Positions 1 through 9,212 of a stretch of 64,000 nt of DNA are shown here, piece after piece. Origin of the DNA: an uncultured delta proteobacterium (GTDB lineage Bacteria; Desulfobacterota; Binatia; UBA9968). Location of the stretch: the NCBI GenBank assembly GCA_963771465.1, contig CAVYTU010000013.1, forward strand, positions 64,001 through 128,000, given 5' to 3'. The first letter of the stretch is position 1, and every line of letters begins with the position of its first letter. A program made the position numbers and the translations under genes. The notes beneath the pieces were generated by a model. That model had not been told where the DNA came from. It did not search any database and was given only the letters and a program-made list of their open reading frames with translations.

Positions 1-897
1 CGGCTCGGTCAGACCGGCCATATCTTCGAAATGCCGCATATCCTCGGCGCAGACGGAGCTGGAGTCGTCGTCGAAGTGGGCTCAAAGGTGCGTCATTTGA
101 GATCCGGCGACGCCGTTTGTCTCTATCCGCCCACCGGCTGCGGCGAATGCGAATTTTGCCTCGGTGGCAATGACTGGATGTGCATTCGTCTGCGCGTGCT
201 CGGCGAGCGGATGGAAGGAACCTACGCGGAATTTGTCCGCTTGCCAGCTGAGAACTGTTTCGCCATTCCACCGGGATATACCTTCGCAGAAGCTGCAGCG
301 TTTCCGCTAGTGTTCGTTACGCTGTGGCGCATGCTCATCACCAACGGCAAATTGCAGCCCGGTGAAACCGTGCTCATCATCGGCGTCGGCGGCGGCGTGG
401 CGAGCGCATCGCTGCAAGTCGCCAAGAAACTCGGCGCGCGCGTCATCGTCACGTCGAGCAGCGATGAAAAACTCGCGCGGGCTGAAAAACTTGGAGCGGA
501 TTTCACCATCAATCATCGTAAACAGGATTTCGCCGACGCGGTTCACCAGCTGACTCAGCAGCGCGGTGTCGATATGGTCGTGGATTGCGTCGGCGGTGAA
601 GTGTGGCGCAAAAGCTTGGCGTCGCTGGCGCGCGGCGGGCGCCTCGTGACCTGCGGCGCCACGGCGGGGGGGCAGCCCGACGACGACATCGCGGCGATCT
701 TTTCCAAGCATTTAAAAATTTATGGTTCGACCCTTGGCAGCCGCGGGGAGTTTCGCCAGCTCGTGAATTTTCTCACCATCGCGCAAATCAAGCCGATCAT
801 CGACAGCGTCTTCCCGCTGCGTGACGCGGCGGCGGCGCAGCATCGCGTTGAAACGGCCCAACAGTTTGGCAAAGTTGTGCTCGAGATTTCGGATTGA
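1..897 (+). CDS. Zinc-binding alcohol dehydrogenase / quinone reductase (MDR family), 5' end outside the window
   Basis: Frame is open from base 1; ILGADGAG, structural Zn motif CGECEFC, Rossmann GVGGGVA, C-terminal FGKVVL. Confidence 0.9.
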   Translation, partial: RLGQTGHIFEMPHILGADGAGVVVEVGSKVRHLRSGDAVCLYPPTGCGECEFCLGGNDWMCIRLRVLGERMEGTYAEFVRLPAENCFAIPPGYTFAEAAAFPLVFVTLWRMLITNGKLQPGETVLIIGVGGGVASASLQVAKKLGARVIVTSSSDEKLARAEKLGADFTINHRKQDFADAVHQLTQQRGVDMVVDCVGGEVWRKSLASLARGGRLVTCGATAGGQPDDDIAAIFSKHLKIYGSTLGSRGEFRQLVNFLTIAQIKPIIDSVFPLRDAAAAQHRVETAQQFGKVVLEISD

Positions 898-1015
898 AAC
901 TGCTGCTGCGTGCCGTTTCGTAGCTGTCAATTGCTTAAATAGTTCAAACCATTCAATATCTCTGGGTCAGATCCATCGCGGCTCGCTGCTATCCGTTTAT
1001 TTCCATTCCGAAGTC

Positions 1016-1090
1016 CGTCATTCCCGCATGCTTTAAGCGGGAATCCAGGGGAGCGGCCTGGACCCCCGATAAAAACATTCGGGGGTGACG
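1016..1090. repeat. REP-like palindromic element, copy 1
   Basis: CGTCATTCCCGCATGCTTTAAGCGGGAATCC...CCCCCGATAAAAACATTCGGGGGTGACG: two hairpins closed by CGTCA/TGACG. Near-identical copy at 62158-62234 and partial copy at 27174-27195. Confidence 0.85.
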
Positions 1091-1171
1091 CCGTTGTGAC
1101 AAGTTTCATCGCCTGATAGCGCGCAGCTTGCTGAGCAATTATTTAAATTATTGGCAAAGCAGTTCGAACAC

Positions 1172-2131
1172 TCATCCAAGTAATTTGCGCCGATTCAGCG
1201 CTTCGGCGCAGGCTTCGAGTGTGGCGAGCTGGTCGTTGGCGGCGAAGCGCAGCACCACAGTGCGTGCCCCGGCTGCGGCATATTTCTCCATCCAATCGAT
1301 CACTTCATCCCACGAGCCGGTGACGCAGAGCATGGCGTTGGCGACGGCCTCGTAGGACCGGCTGTAATATTGAGCGAGGAATTGCTGGCCTTCGACGACG
1401 GCGTCTTTGCCGCCGGCGGCCAGGGTGAAGTAGATGCCGGGATGAATTGATTCGGGATCGCGTCCGGCGTCGGCGGCGTAAGCGCGAATCTTCTGCCAGC
1501 ATTCGCCATAAACGTCCGGCGACTTGATGTTGTTGATCCAGGCGTCGGCGAGCCGGGCGACACGCTTGAGCCCAGGTTCGACATTGTTCGATGCCAGCCA
1601 GATCGGTACGCCGCCCGCTTGCGCGGGCTTGGGCTCGATGGTGACATGTTCGAAGCGCGTAAACTTGCCTTCATACGAAACGTCATTCTCGCGCCAAAGC
1701 CGGCGCATGACGTGGACGATCTCTTCGCTCATCTTCATGCGCGCGCTGGGATTCAATCCTAAAACTTCGAACTCATGCTCCGAAGCTGGTTCTTTTGGCC
1801 GTCCGTAGCCGACACCGAGATCGGCGCGACCGCTGGTTAGCCAGTCGAGGCTGGCGAGTTGGTAGGCGAGCAAGATCGGATTGCGCAGCGCGGCGAGAAA
1901 GATCGCCGTGCCCAAACGCACGCGCTGGGTCCGCGCGCCGACGGCGGCGAGGGTGGTGAGCGCGTCGATACGCGGCCGCGCCGTCAAACTGTCGCCGACC
2001 CAGACGGAGTGAAAGCCCAACGACTCAGCGAGCTCGGCGATTTGATAGAGAGTCGACGGATCGGCGCGGCCCGACATGATCGCCTCGCGGGTGGGAAGAA
2101 GGATGCCGAAGTTTATTTTTGCAATATTCAT
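1172..2131 (-). CDS. LLM-class (luciferase-like) flavin-dependent oxidoreductase
   Basis: FGILLP, AESLGFHSVWVGDS, RLGTAI, GRADLGVG, PIWLA motifs; start taken at MNIAK. Confidence 0.9.
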   Translation of the reverse strand: MNIAKINFGILLPTREAIMSGRADPSTLYQIAELAESLGFHSVWVGDSLTARPRIDALTTLAAVGARTQRVRLGTAIFLAALRNPILLAYQLASLDWLTSGRADLGVGYGRPKEPASEHEFEVLGLNPSARMKMSEEIVHVMRRLWRENDVSYEGKFTRFEHVTIEPKPAQAGGVPIWLASNNVEPGLKRVARLADAWINNIKSPDVYGECWQKIRAYAADAGRDPESIHPGIYFTLAAGGKDAVVEGQQFLAQYYSRSYEAVANAMLCVTGSWDEVIDWMEKYAAAGARTVVLRFAANDQLATLEACAEALNRRKLLG

Positions 2132-2183
2132 GTTGCTACTCTCAGAGAACAAGTCCCTGAGCGTTGGTCGCCGCTACCTTCAT

Positions 2184-2639
2184 TTATTTATTGTCTCCAC
2201 TGCGGATTAATCGCGCGACATCGTACTCCATGATAGTTTCGCCGCGTTGGTTTTTGACCCATTGGCGGTAGCGCACGATGCCGCCGCCGCGAGCGGGCAC
2301 GGCTTTAGTGTCCAAGACTTTGATTTCGACCTGGATGGTGTCGTTGACTTTCACCGGGCCGAACAGACGCATCTTATCCAGTCCGGCAAACGCCATTCCC
2401 GTACCATGAATCAGTCCGGTCTGCACGGTCAGGCCTTCGGCCATGCCGAATGTCAGACTACCCGGCGCGATGCGCTCGCCGTACAAACTTTCTTTGCGGA
2501 TGTATTCCATGTCCAAGAACAGCGGCTCGGTGAGTCCCACCAAGTTTACGAATGTCAGAATGTCGTGTTCGGTGATCGTGCGCCGGCCGGTTTCATATTT
2601 CTCGCCGGCATGGAACTCTTCAAAAGTTTTGCCCTTCAT
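2184..2639 (-). CDS. MaoC/PaaZ-type hotdog-fold dehydratase
   Basis: GKTFEEF..G...T.RRTITE.D and GERIAPG motifs; its ATG overlaps the TGA of the upstream CoA transferase (ATGA). Confidence 0.88.
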   Translation of the reverse strand: MKGKTFEEFHAGEKYETGRRTITEHDILTFVNLVGLTEPLFLDMEYIRKESLYGERIAPGSLTFGMAEGLTVQTGLIHGTGMAFAGLDKMRLFGPVKVNDTIQVEIKVLDTKAVPARGGGIVRYRQWVKNQRGETIMEYDVARLIRSGDNK

Positions 2640-3838
2640 ATCACGCTCTTTTTCCTGAGTTGATCGATCGCTTCGGATTGCATGCCAAGCCACGAAGACA
2701 AGACATCGTCATTGTGCTCGCCGAGCAACGGCGGCGGCAAGCGCACCGATGCCGGCGTTGCGGAAAATTTGACCGGGATACCGGCCATGCGAATCTTCCC
2801 CACAGTCGGATGATCGACTTCGACCAGCATGTTTCGGTGCAGCACCTGCGGCGCGGCGAAAACTTGATCGATGGTTTGCACCGGCGCACAGGGAACGTTT
2901 GCTTGGTTGAGCGCTGTTACCCAATGCTCCGTCGTCTGCGTCATGAAGATTGCAGAGAGAATAGCGATCAGCTCTTGGCGGTTCGCCACCCGATCGGCAT
3001 TCTTGGCGAAGCGCGGATCGTCGGCGAGCTCGGCGCGCTTGAGAGCCGGACAAAGCCGTTTCCAAATCGACTCGCTGGCGGCGCCGAGCACCAAGAAACT
3101 GTCGGCGGTTTGAAAGCTTTGATACGGCACGATCGTCGGATGCGCGTTGCCCCAACGGCCGGGAACCTTGCCACCGATGAGATAATTGCTGCCGGCGTTG
3201 ATCAGCGTGGCGACTTCAGCTTCGAGCAGTGAGGTGTCGATCTTTTGCCCAACGCCGATTTTTTCGCGGGCGTAGAGCGCGGCAACGATCGCCTTTCCCA
3301 GCATCAAGCCGGCGACTAGATCGATGATCGCGACGCCGACTTTCAGCGGTCCACTCTCGTTCGTACCGGTGATGCTCATCAAGCCGCCCCAGGCTTGCAC
3401 ATTCAGATCGTAGCCGGGAATGTCCGCCATCGGCCCGTCGGCGCCGAATCCCGACAGCGAGGCGTAAACAAGTCTCGAATTCCCTGCGCGCAGTTCCTTT
3501 TCTCCGAGACCCAAACGATCCATCGCGCCCGGGCGAAAGTTTTCGATCAAGACATCGGCTTGCCCAGCCAATTGCTTTATCAAGGCGATGCCGTCGGCTG
3601 ACTTGAGATCGACGGTGAGGCTCTTCTTGTTGCGATTGGTGCAAAGGAAATAAGCGCTCTCGCCGCCGGCAAACGGCGGCCCCCAGCCGCGTGTGTCGTC
3701 GCCGACGCCGGGCTGTTCGACTTTGACGACCTCGGCACCGAGATCGCCGAGAAACATCGTGCAGTACGGCCCGGCGAGGACACGGGTCAAGTCGAGAACG
3801 CGGATGCCGTCGAGGGCGCCGTTATTCGCTTCACTCAT
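2636..3838 (-). CDS. Family III CoA transferase (CaiB/BaiF)
   Basis: LDGIRVLDLTRVLAGPYCTM.LGDLGAEVVKVE, NRNKKS, ENFRPG, GYD motifs. Confidence 0.95.
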   Translation of the reverse strand: MSEANNGALDGIRVLDLTRVLAGPYCTMFLGDLGAEVVKVEQPGVGDDTRGWGPPFAGGESAYFLCTNRNKKSLTVDLKSADGIALIKQLAGQADVLIENFRPGAMDRLGLGEKELRAGNSRLVYASLSGFGADGPMADIPGYDLNVQAWGGLMSITGTNESGPLKVGVAIIDLVAGLMLGKAIVAALYAREKIGVGQKIDTSLLEAEVATLINAGSNYLIGGKVPGRWGNAHPTIVPYQSFQTADSFLVLGAASESIWKRLCPALKRAELADDPRFAKNADRVANRQELIAILSAIFMTQTTEHWVTALNQANVPCAPVQTIDQVFAAPQVLHRNMLVEVDHPTVGKIRMAGIPVKFSATPASVRLPPPLLGEHNDDVLSSWLGMQSEAIDQLRKKSVI

Positions 3839-3839
3839 G

Positions 3840-3902
3840 GTTCAAACCGTTCAATCCTCCGGCTTTCGCAGGGGTCCGTTCAAGCCGTTCAATTCGTTGA
3901 AC
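3840..3902. repeat. Degenerate 9-mer tandem repeat (GTTCAAnCC)
   Basis: gttcaaacc gttcaatcc ... gttcaagcc gttcaattc gttgaac; the same unit occurs at 12781-12810 and 56629-56720. Confidence 0.7.
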
Positions 3903-3945
3903 ACTACACTAACCTCTCCCGCAAGCGGTCGACGGAAGAGGTCGT

Positions 3946-4326
3946 TCATTTAAACTCGATGCCTTTGGTTTTGAGAATTTCATCCAGAGTTTCCACGCCT
4001 AGCCACAGACCGGGCATGCCGCCGGGGATCGCCGCGACTTCAACGGCTTCGAGAACTTCTCGGGGCGCCGCGCCCAGGGTGAGCGCTCGTTCGCTGTGCA
4101 GCTTCACACCGCGCGGACGATTGAGCGCGCAGCAGATGCCGACCATGATCAGCTCTTTGGTCTTGCGCGGCAGTGCGCCTTCGCGGCCGAAGGTGGCGTC
4201 GACGTAGATGCCTTTGAGCTTTTCAAAATACTCGGGATCGAGCTTGGCGATAATGTCGTAGGCTTTGTTTTGCGCGCCGAGCGCGGTTTTCTCGAAGGCA
4301 TCTTTGGATTCGTTCGCCATGGCCAT
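3946..4326 (-). CDS. Carboxymuconolactone decarboxylase / AhpD-like protein
   Basis: GALPRKTKELI...H...AL..GA...EVLEA...GG.P pattern. Confidence 0.88.
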   Translation of the reverse strand: MAMANESKDAFEKTALGAQNKAYDIIAKLDPEYFEKLKGIYVDATFGREGALPRKTKELIMVGICCALNRPRGVKLHSERALTLGAAPREVLEAVEVAAIPGGMPGLWLGVETLDEILKTKGIEFK

Positions 4327-4401
4327 TCCTTTCAGAGTGCTGATATGAAAGCGTCGAGTGCTGCGACCGTAAGTTCAATGTTTCTTGGTTTGCGATCTAT
4401 A

Positions 4402-4438
4402 CGTAGTTCCAGTTCCGTCGCATTCGCTCGGGACAAGC
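4402..4438. repeat. Short dispersed intergenic repeat
   Basis: Reverse complement GCTTGTCCCGAGCGAATGCGACGGAACTGGAACTACG matches GCTTGTCCTGAGCGAATGCGCAGGAACTGGAGCCACG at about 60720-60756. Confidence 0.6.
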
Positions 4439-4445
4439 TTTGCGG

Positions 4446-6128
4446 CTAATCCTTCCTCGTATTCTGACTGATGACTACGTCGACAAGCGCCGGACCGTTT
4501 TGCTCTAAAGCGCGTTTGAGCGCTGGCTCGATGGCGTCAGGATGTTCGACGCGCTCGCCGAAGATACCGAAGGTTTCGGCCAGCCTGGCGAAGTTGATTT
4601 CCGGGCCGGAAATTTCGGCGCCCATTTCGGCGGCGATTCTAATTCGTTCTTCCGATCCGCGGAACTGATTTTTCACCGCCATATAAGCTCGGTTGTTGAA
4701 CACGATGACGACCAGAGGAATGCGATATTTGGCCAGGGTCCAAAGTCCCTGCAGACCGAACATCGTGCTGCCGTCGCCGAGACACGCGACGACGCGGCGT
4801 TTGGGCGATGCGAGTTTGGCACCGATCGCCGCGCCCAATCCCCAGCCCAAGTAACCGCCGGATGAGTTCGAGAAATATTCTCGCCCCGGAGAGAACTGAA
4901 AGTTCGCCATCAAGATATCTTTGCTGGTCGGGCTCTCGTTGACGATCAAGGCGTTTTTTTCGACGAGCTTGTCCATTGTCCGTGCCAGGCGTGCTGCGTT
5001 GATCGGCGTGGCGTTCCAACCTTGGCTGACGCGACTTTCAATTTCCGCGTTGGCTTGTTGCTTGGCTTTGCGGATGCATTCCATGCGCTCAGTCTTAATT
5101 TCCATTGTCGGCTCGACTTTCGAATAGCATTCGATCAGTGACTTGAGCGCGCTTTTGGCGTCAGCGACGACGCCGATATCGACGGGAAAAACTTTGCCGA
5201 TCTCCCAGGGATCTTCTTCGATGTGGATGATCTTCGTGGCCGGCTTGATGACGGGCTCGGGGATGTAACGATATTCACGGATCAAGCGGCAGCCGATGGC
5301 AACGATGACATCCGGCTCGCCCCATTCGGGTAAATCGAATGACGGTTGCCGTTCGGCAATTTGAAAACTTTGCGGGTGCGTGGTTGGAAAAGACAGAAAC
5401 GAATAGCGCGGTTCCATGACGACCGGTGCCGCGACCATTTCGGCGAGCTTAACCAATTCTTCCGCCGCGCCGCACCTCGCGATGGCGCTGCCGGCGACGA
5501 TCAGCGGCCGCTTCGCTTCGGCGAGCAGTCTGACTGCATCTGCGAACGCTTCGGGATCGCCGGCGATGCGCGGCGAAACTCGCGAACGTTCCGCTTCAGG
5601 ATTCGCCACGGAAATTGGCTCGCCGAGAAGATTGCTGGGCAGCGCGAGATAGACCGGTCCGGTCGGCGCGGACGACGCGACTTTGAAGGCGCGGTTCAAA
5701 TACTCCGGGATGCGATCGGCGCGGTGAACCTCAGCGCTCCATTTGGTGAACTGCTTGGTCATCTCGACGAGATTTTTTCCCTCGGTATGGGAGTCTCGGC
5801 CGTCGATGCGAGTGTCGACATTGGTCGACGTCACGATCACCGGCGAGCGATCGCGATAGGCATCATAAAGCGCGCCCACCGAGTTGGCCGATCCCGGCAA
5901 GGTGCTCACTTGTGCGAGCTGCGGCCGGCCGGTGACGCGCGCATGGCCGTCGGCCATTGAGACGACGCACGTCTCGTGCATCGCCAGAATGAAACGGATT
6001 TTTTCCTGGTCGGCGATGGTGCCGATAAATTCCTGGCCGCTGGTTCCCGGCAAACCGAAAACATACTCGACGCCGTGAGCGGCGGCGACTTCCAAGTAGG
6101 CTTGGGAAGCGATTCTTGCTTCAGCCAT
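4446..6128 (-). CDS. Thiamine-diphosphate enzyme, benzoylformate decarboxylase-like
   Basis: GVEYVFGLPGTS, HE..VSMADG, ThDP motif GDGS...NN, GGYLGWGLGAAIG. Confidence 0.9.
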   Translation of the reverse strand: MAEARIASQAYLEVAAAHGVEYVFGLPGTSGQEFIGTIADQEKIRFILAMHETCVVSMADGHARVTGRPQLAQVSTLPGSANSVGALYDAYRDRSPVIVTSTNVDTRIDGRDSHTEGKNLVEMTKQFTKWSAEVHRADRIPEYLNRAFKVASSAPTGPVYLALPSNLLGEPISVANPEAERSRVSPRIAGDPEAFADAVRLLAEAKRPLIVAGSAIARCGAAEELVKLAEMVAAPVVMEPRYSFLSFPTTHPQSFQIAERQPSFDLPEWGEPDVIVAIGCRLIREYRYIPEPVIKPATKIIHIEEDPWEIGKVFPVDIGVVADAKSALKSLIECYSKVEPTMEIKTERMECIRKAKQQANAEIESRVSQGWNATPINAARLARTMDKLVEKNALIVNESPTSKDILMANFQFSPGREYFSNSSGGYLGWGLGAAIGAKLASPKRRVVACLGDGSTMFGLQGLWTLAKYRIPLVVIVFNNRAYMAVKNQFRGSEERIRIAAEMGAEISGPEINFARLAETFGIFGERVEHPDAIEPALKRALEQNGPALVDVVISQNTRKD

Positions 6129-6143
6129 TATGACGATAACTCC

Positions 6144-6290
6144 TCATTGATATAATCGATCGATGAAACCGCTATTATCAAGTTCTTTTAGCAGACTTGA
6201 ATTGATAAATCGCTTCGGCTGAGCCTTCGCGGCCTCTGGCCTTTCTTTCGCCGCGAGATCGAGCAGCGCTTTGAGCCCCACTTCGCCTTT
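6144..6290 (-). pseudogene. 3' remnant of an NMT1/THI5-type substrate-binding protein gene
   Basis: Minus strand reads ...EVGLKALLDLAAKERPEAAKAQPKRFINSSLLKELDNSGFIDRLYQ*, matching the C-termini of the SBPs at 15744-16730 and 7339-8331. It has no start codon and abuts the stop of the 6295-7278 gene. Confidence 0.75.
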
Positions 6291-6294
6291 CGCC

Positions 6295-7278
6295 TCACCG
6301 AATCACCTTATCCGCCCGCACCAGCACATTCGGTGGAATCGTTAGACCGATCTGTTTGGCGGCTTTTAGATTGACGATAAATTCAAACTTAATCGGCTGC
6401 TCTACAGGGAGATCGGCAGGCTTTCTGCCTTTTAGAATCTTGTCCACAAACGTTGCGGCGCGCCGGAACAGATCGTTAAGGCTCGGACCGTAGCTCATAA
6501 GCCCACCGTCTTCGACAAATTCTGGGGCAAAGTATATTGCCGGAAGCCGGCTCTTTACCGCAAGTTCTGCAATTTGCGTTCGATGAGAATTGAGAATGGG
6601 GCTTTGTAGCAGAAGGACCGCGTGAGTACCGCCTTTGCTTGCGGCTCGGAATACAATCTCGATATCTTTGGGAGCGGCTACGTCGAGGGATTGAAGTTTT
6701 ACTCCGAACGCCGCCGCAGCGCGCTCCAGTTCTTTTAACGATTGCGCGTTGCCCGCTTGGCTTGCAGTCCCGACAACGGCGACGCGCGACATTTTAGGAA
6801 TTACTTCTTTCAAAAGCTCAAGTCGCTTTCCGCCGATCTCCGGGGCGAGGTTGGACAATCCCGTAATGTTTCCACCCGGACGCGCGAGACTTGCGACGAA
6901 TCCCGATGCCACAGGATCGGCTTCGTTCGTCATTACGATGGGGATACTGTTCGTTGATTCCTTGGCGGCGCGAGTTGACGTCGGACCGGTCGTGACGATC
7001 ACGTCTACCTTGAGACGCACTAGCTCGACCGCAAGCTCGGTGAGGCGATCGAGATTTCCCTCTGAATATCGATACTCGATGACAAAGGTTTTACCCTCAA
7101 AATGTCCAAGCTCACTGAGACCCCGCCGGAATGCTTCTGTACGGGCGGGGACTGAGGAAGGGGAGAGAGCGCTTAGATATCCGATCCGCGGGATTTTCGT
7201 TGTCTGCTGTGCTTCGGCTGGGATACAAAGTGCAAGGAGCACCGCGTTAAGCGCAAGGCGAATAACTTTGTTGCACAT
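6295..7278 (-). CDS. ABC transporter substrate-binding protein (ABC_sub_bind/PF04392-like)
   Basis: Signal peptide, then AQQ..KIPRIGYL, DPVASGFVASLARPGGNITG, GGLMSYGP, KPADLPVEQP, VNLKAAKQIGLTIP. Confidence 0.93.
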   Translation of the reverse strand: MCNKVIRLALNAVLLALCIPAEAQQTTKIPRIGYLSALSPSSVPARTEAFRRGLSELGHFEGKTFVIEYRYSEGNLDRLTELAVELVRLKVDVIVTTGPTSTRAAKESTNSIPIVMTNEADPVASGFVASLARPGGNITGLSNLAPEIGGKRLELLKEVIPKMSRVAVVGTASQAGNAQSLKELERAAAAFGVKLQSLDVAAPKDIEIVFRAASKGGTHAVLLLQSPILNSHRTQIAELAVKSRLPAIYFAPEFVEDGGLMSYGPSLNDLFRRAATFVDKILKGRKPADLPVEQPIKFEFIVNLKAAKQIGLTIPPNVLVRADKVIR

Positions 7279-7338
7279 GAATGTTTTCTCCCCGCTGTTG
7301 CTACCGACTGCCGGCTCACCCCTAACTTCTTATTATCT

Positions 7339-8331
7339 TCACGGCCACACCGACTTGATGAAACCGGTTGATTCCAACTCTTCCATGAAACTCGGGTCCA
7401 TGAACTCCTCGGCTTTGCGGCCTTTGGCCTTGGGGTTGTTCTCGGCGATTAAACTCAGAGAATTCTCTACGCCTTTGGCGTTGATCTTGGGAATCTTTTT
7501 GATGTAGCGCGAGGTGAATAGATCGTGAGTTGTCGCCAACATGTCGCGGTCGGTGACGCCGCCGTATCGCCTTAGTGCGCGGATGCCGAGCTCGCGATCG
7601 GTGAAGAGTTTCTTGGTTCCTTCGATGTAGGCTTTGAGAAAGCGCAGCACCACGTCGCGATTGGCTTTGGCGTAACGGCGGCTGACGACCACCGTGGTGG
7701 CGGGACTTTCGAAGCCGGAATCGGCGAAGTCGATTAACGTGCGAAGATTCAACTTCTCCGCTTGCATCGAGGTGGGGAAGGAAATCATGCCGCCGTCGAC
7801 GATCTTTTGCGCGATGGCGGTGGCGATGTCGGGCATTCTGCCGATTTGCACGAGCTTGACGTCTTTCTGCGGTTCCAAGCCCCAATTCTTGAGCGCCGGC
7901 CGTACTAACAAATCCGTCAGCGATCCGAAGCGCGTCACGGCGAGCGTCTTGCCTTTGAGATCCTGTGGCTTGGTGATGCTCTGGTGCACCATTAGCTTCA
8001 TGATCTGATTGTCGATGGAACTAGCGACCTGCATCAAGTCGGCGCCTTCCACAGAGGCTTGCAGATAGACCACCGAGGAAATGGTGGCGAGATCGAGCTG
8101 GCCCGATACGTGAACTTGCACGAGTTGCACGCCTTGAACGTAAACCATTTCGCTGTCGAAGCCATATTTTTCCAGCAAGCCGGCTTCCTTGGTGGCGAAG
8201 AGCGGATAGAACGCGGCGCTGGGCGAGGGATAACCGACGCGCAGTTTGACGTTCGCGGCGCTTTGCGCCGCGAACGAATGGATAATGGATAATTGAAAAT
8301 TGATAATGACTAAGAGCAAGAGTCGTTTCAT
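7339..8331 (-). CDS. NMT1/THI5/SsuA-type substrate-binding protein
   Basis: Signal peptide, KYGFD.E, DLKGKTLAVTRFGS, C-terminal ELESTGFI. Confidence 0.9.
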   Translation of the reverse strand: MKRLLLLVIINFQLSIIHSFAAQSAANVKLRVGYPSPSAAFYPLFATKEAGLLEKYGFDSEMVYVQGVQLVQVHVSGQLDLATISSVVYLQASVEGADLMQVASSIDNQIMKLMVHQSITKPQDLKGKTLAVTRFGSLTDLLVRPALKNWGLEPQKDVKLVQIGRMPDIATAIAQKIVDGGMISFPTSMQAEKLNLRTLIDFADSGFESPATTVVVSRRYAKANRDVVLRFLKAYIEGTKKLFTDRELGIRALRRYGGVTDRDMLATTHDLFTSRYIKKIPKINAKGVENSLSLIAENNPKAKGRKAEEFMDPSFMEELESTGFIKSVWP

Positions 8332-8369
8332 CGTTCGACCTCCAGCGTAAACGCAAGCAATTTGGCCAA

Positions 8370-9202
8370 CTAAAGATCAAAAAGTTGCTGCGCGTTGGCG
8401 AACATGAGTTTGTCTTGCACTGCCGGTTTGAAATTCATTTTGTTGAAGCTGATAAGCGCCTTTTCTAAATCTACATAGGGGAAGTCGGTGCCGAACAGCG
8501 CCTTGTCTTGGAGCCGTCCGCCGATGGCCTTGAGAAAGACTTCCGGCAATTGCTCGGCCAGATAGCCGGAAGTGTCGACGAAAAGATTTTTCTTGTGCGT
8601 GACCACGCCGATGAGTTCTTGTTCCCATGGCCAGCCTGGGTGAGCGGCGATGATTTTCATTTTCGGAAAATCACGGGCCAACATGTCGAGATGAATAGGC
8701 CTGCCGTAGTCGAGGGCGATACCGCTGCCACCGTCGGTATTCGCTCCCAGCACAGTGAAGCCGACGTGGAATAGCGCAGGTTTGCCGCTCGCCTGGATCA
8801 CTTCCCAAATATCGTAAAACCGCTTGTCGTTGGGATAGAAGCCTTGATCGGGCGGATGAAACTTGAAGCCTTTGACCGCGGGATTCTTCACCAACTCCGA
8901 GGCGTAGCGCGCGACGGCGGTTAGATCTGCCGCGTTGGTGTCGAGCGATGCGAGGATTCCCGCAAAAGCGTTTGGATGATTGGCGACCAGTTCGAGCACA
9001 TGTTCGTTGCTGTTGCGCGAGCCTTCGTTGACCGTTGAGGGATGCCAGCCGATCAGCAAAGCCTGAACGTCGTTCTTCACATATAATTCAGCGAAACTTT
9101 GGCTGTTTGCGGGATGTCGGCGAGATTTCTTCTGAAGTAGCCGCAGGCGTGATGGTCCAGCCCGCGGGTGCTGGGATGGACGTGGACGTCAATCGCTTTC
9201 AT
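8370..9202 (-). pseudogene. Amidohydrolase_2 family metallohydrolase split by a single-base frameshift near 9095-9100
   Basis: ATG at 9202 gives MKAIDVHVHPSTRG (metal-binding DxHxH) and stops after 41 aa. A neighbouring frame continues FAELYVKNDVQ into ORF 8370-9080 (KFHP, FHVG, AHPGWPW, FGTDFP). Confidence 0.8.
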
Positions 9203-9212
9203 GTTGGCTTGG

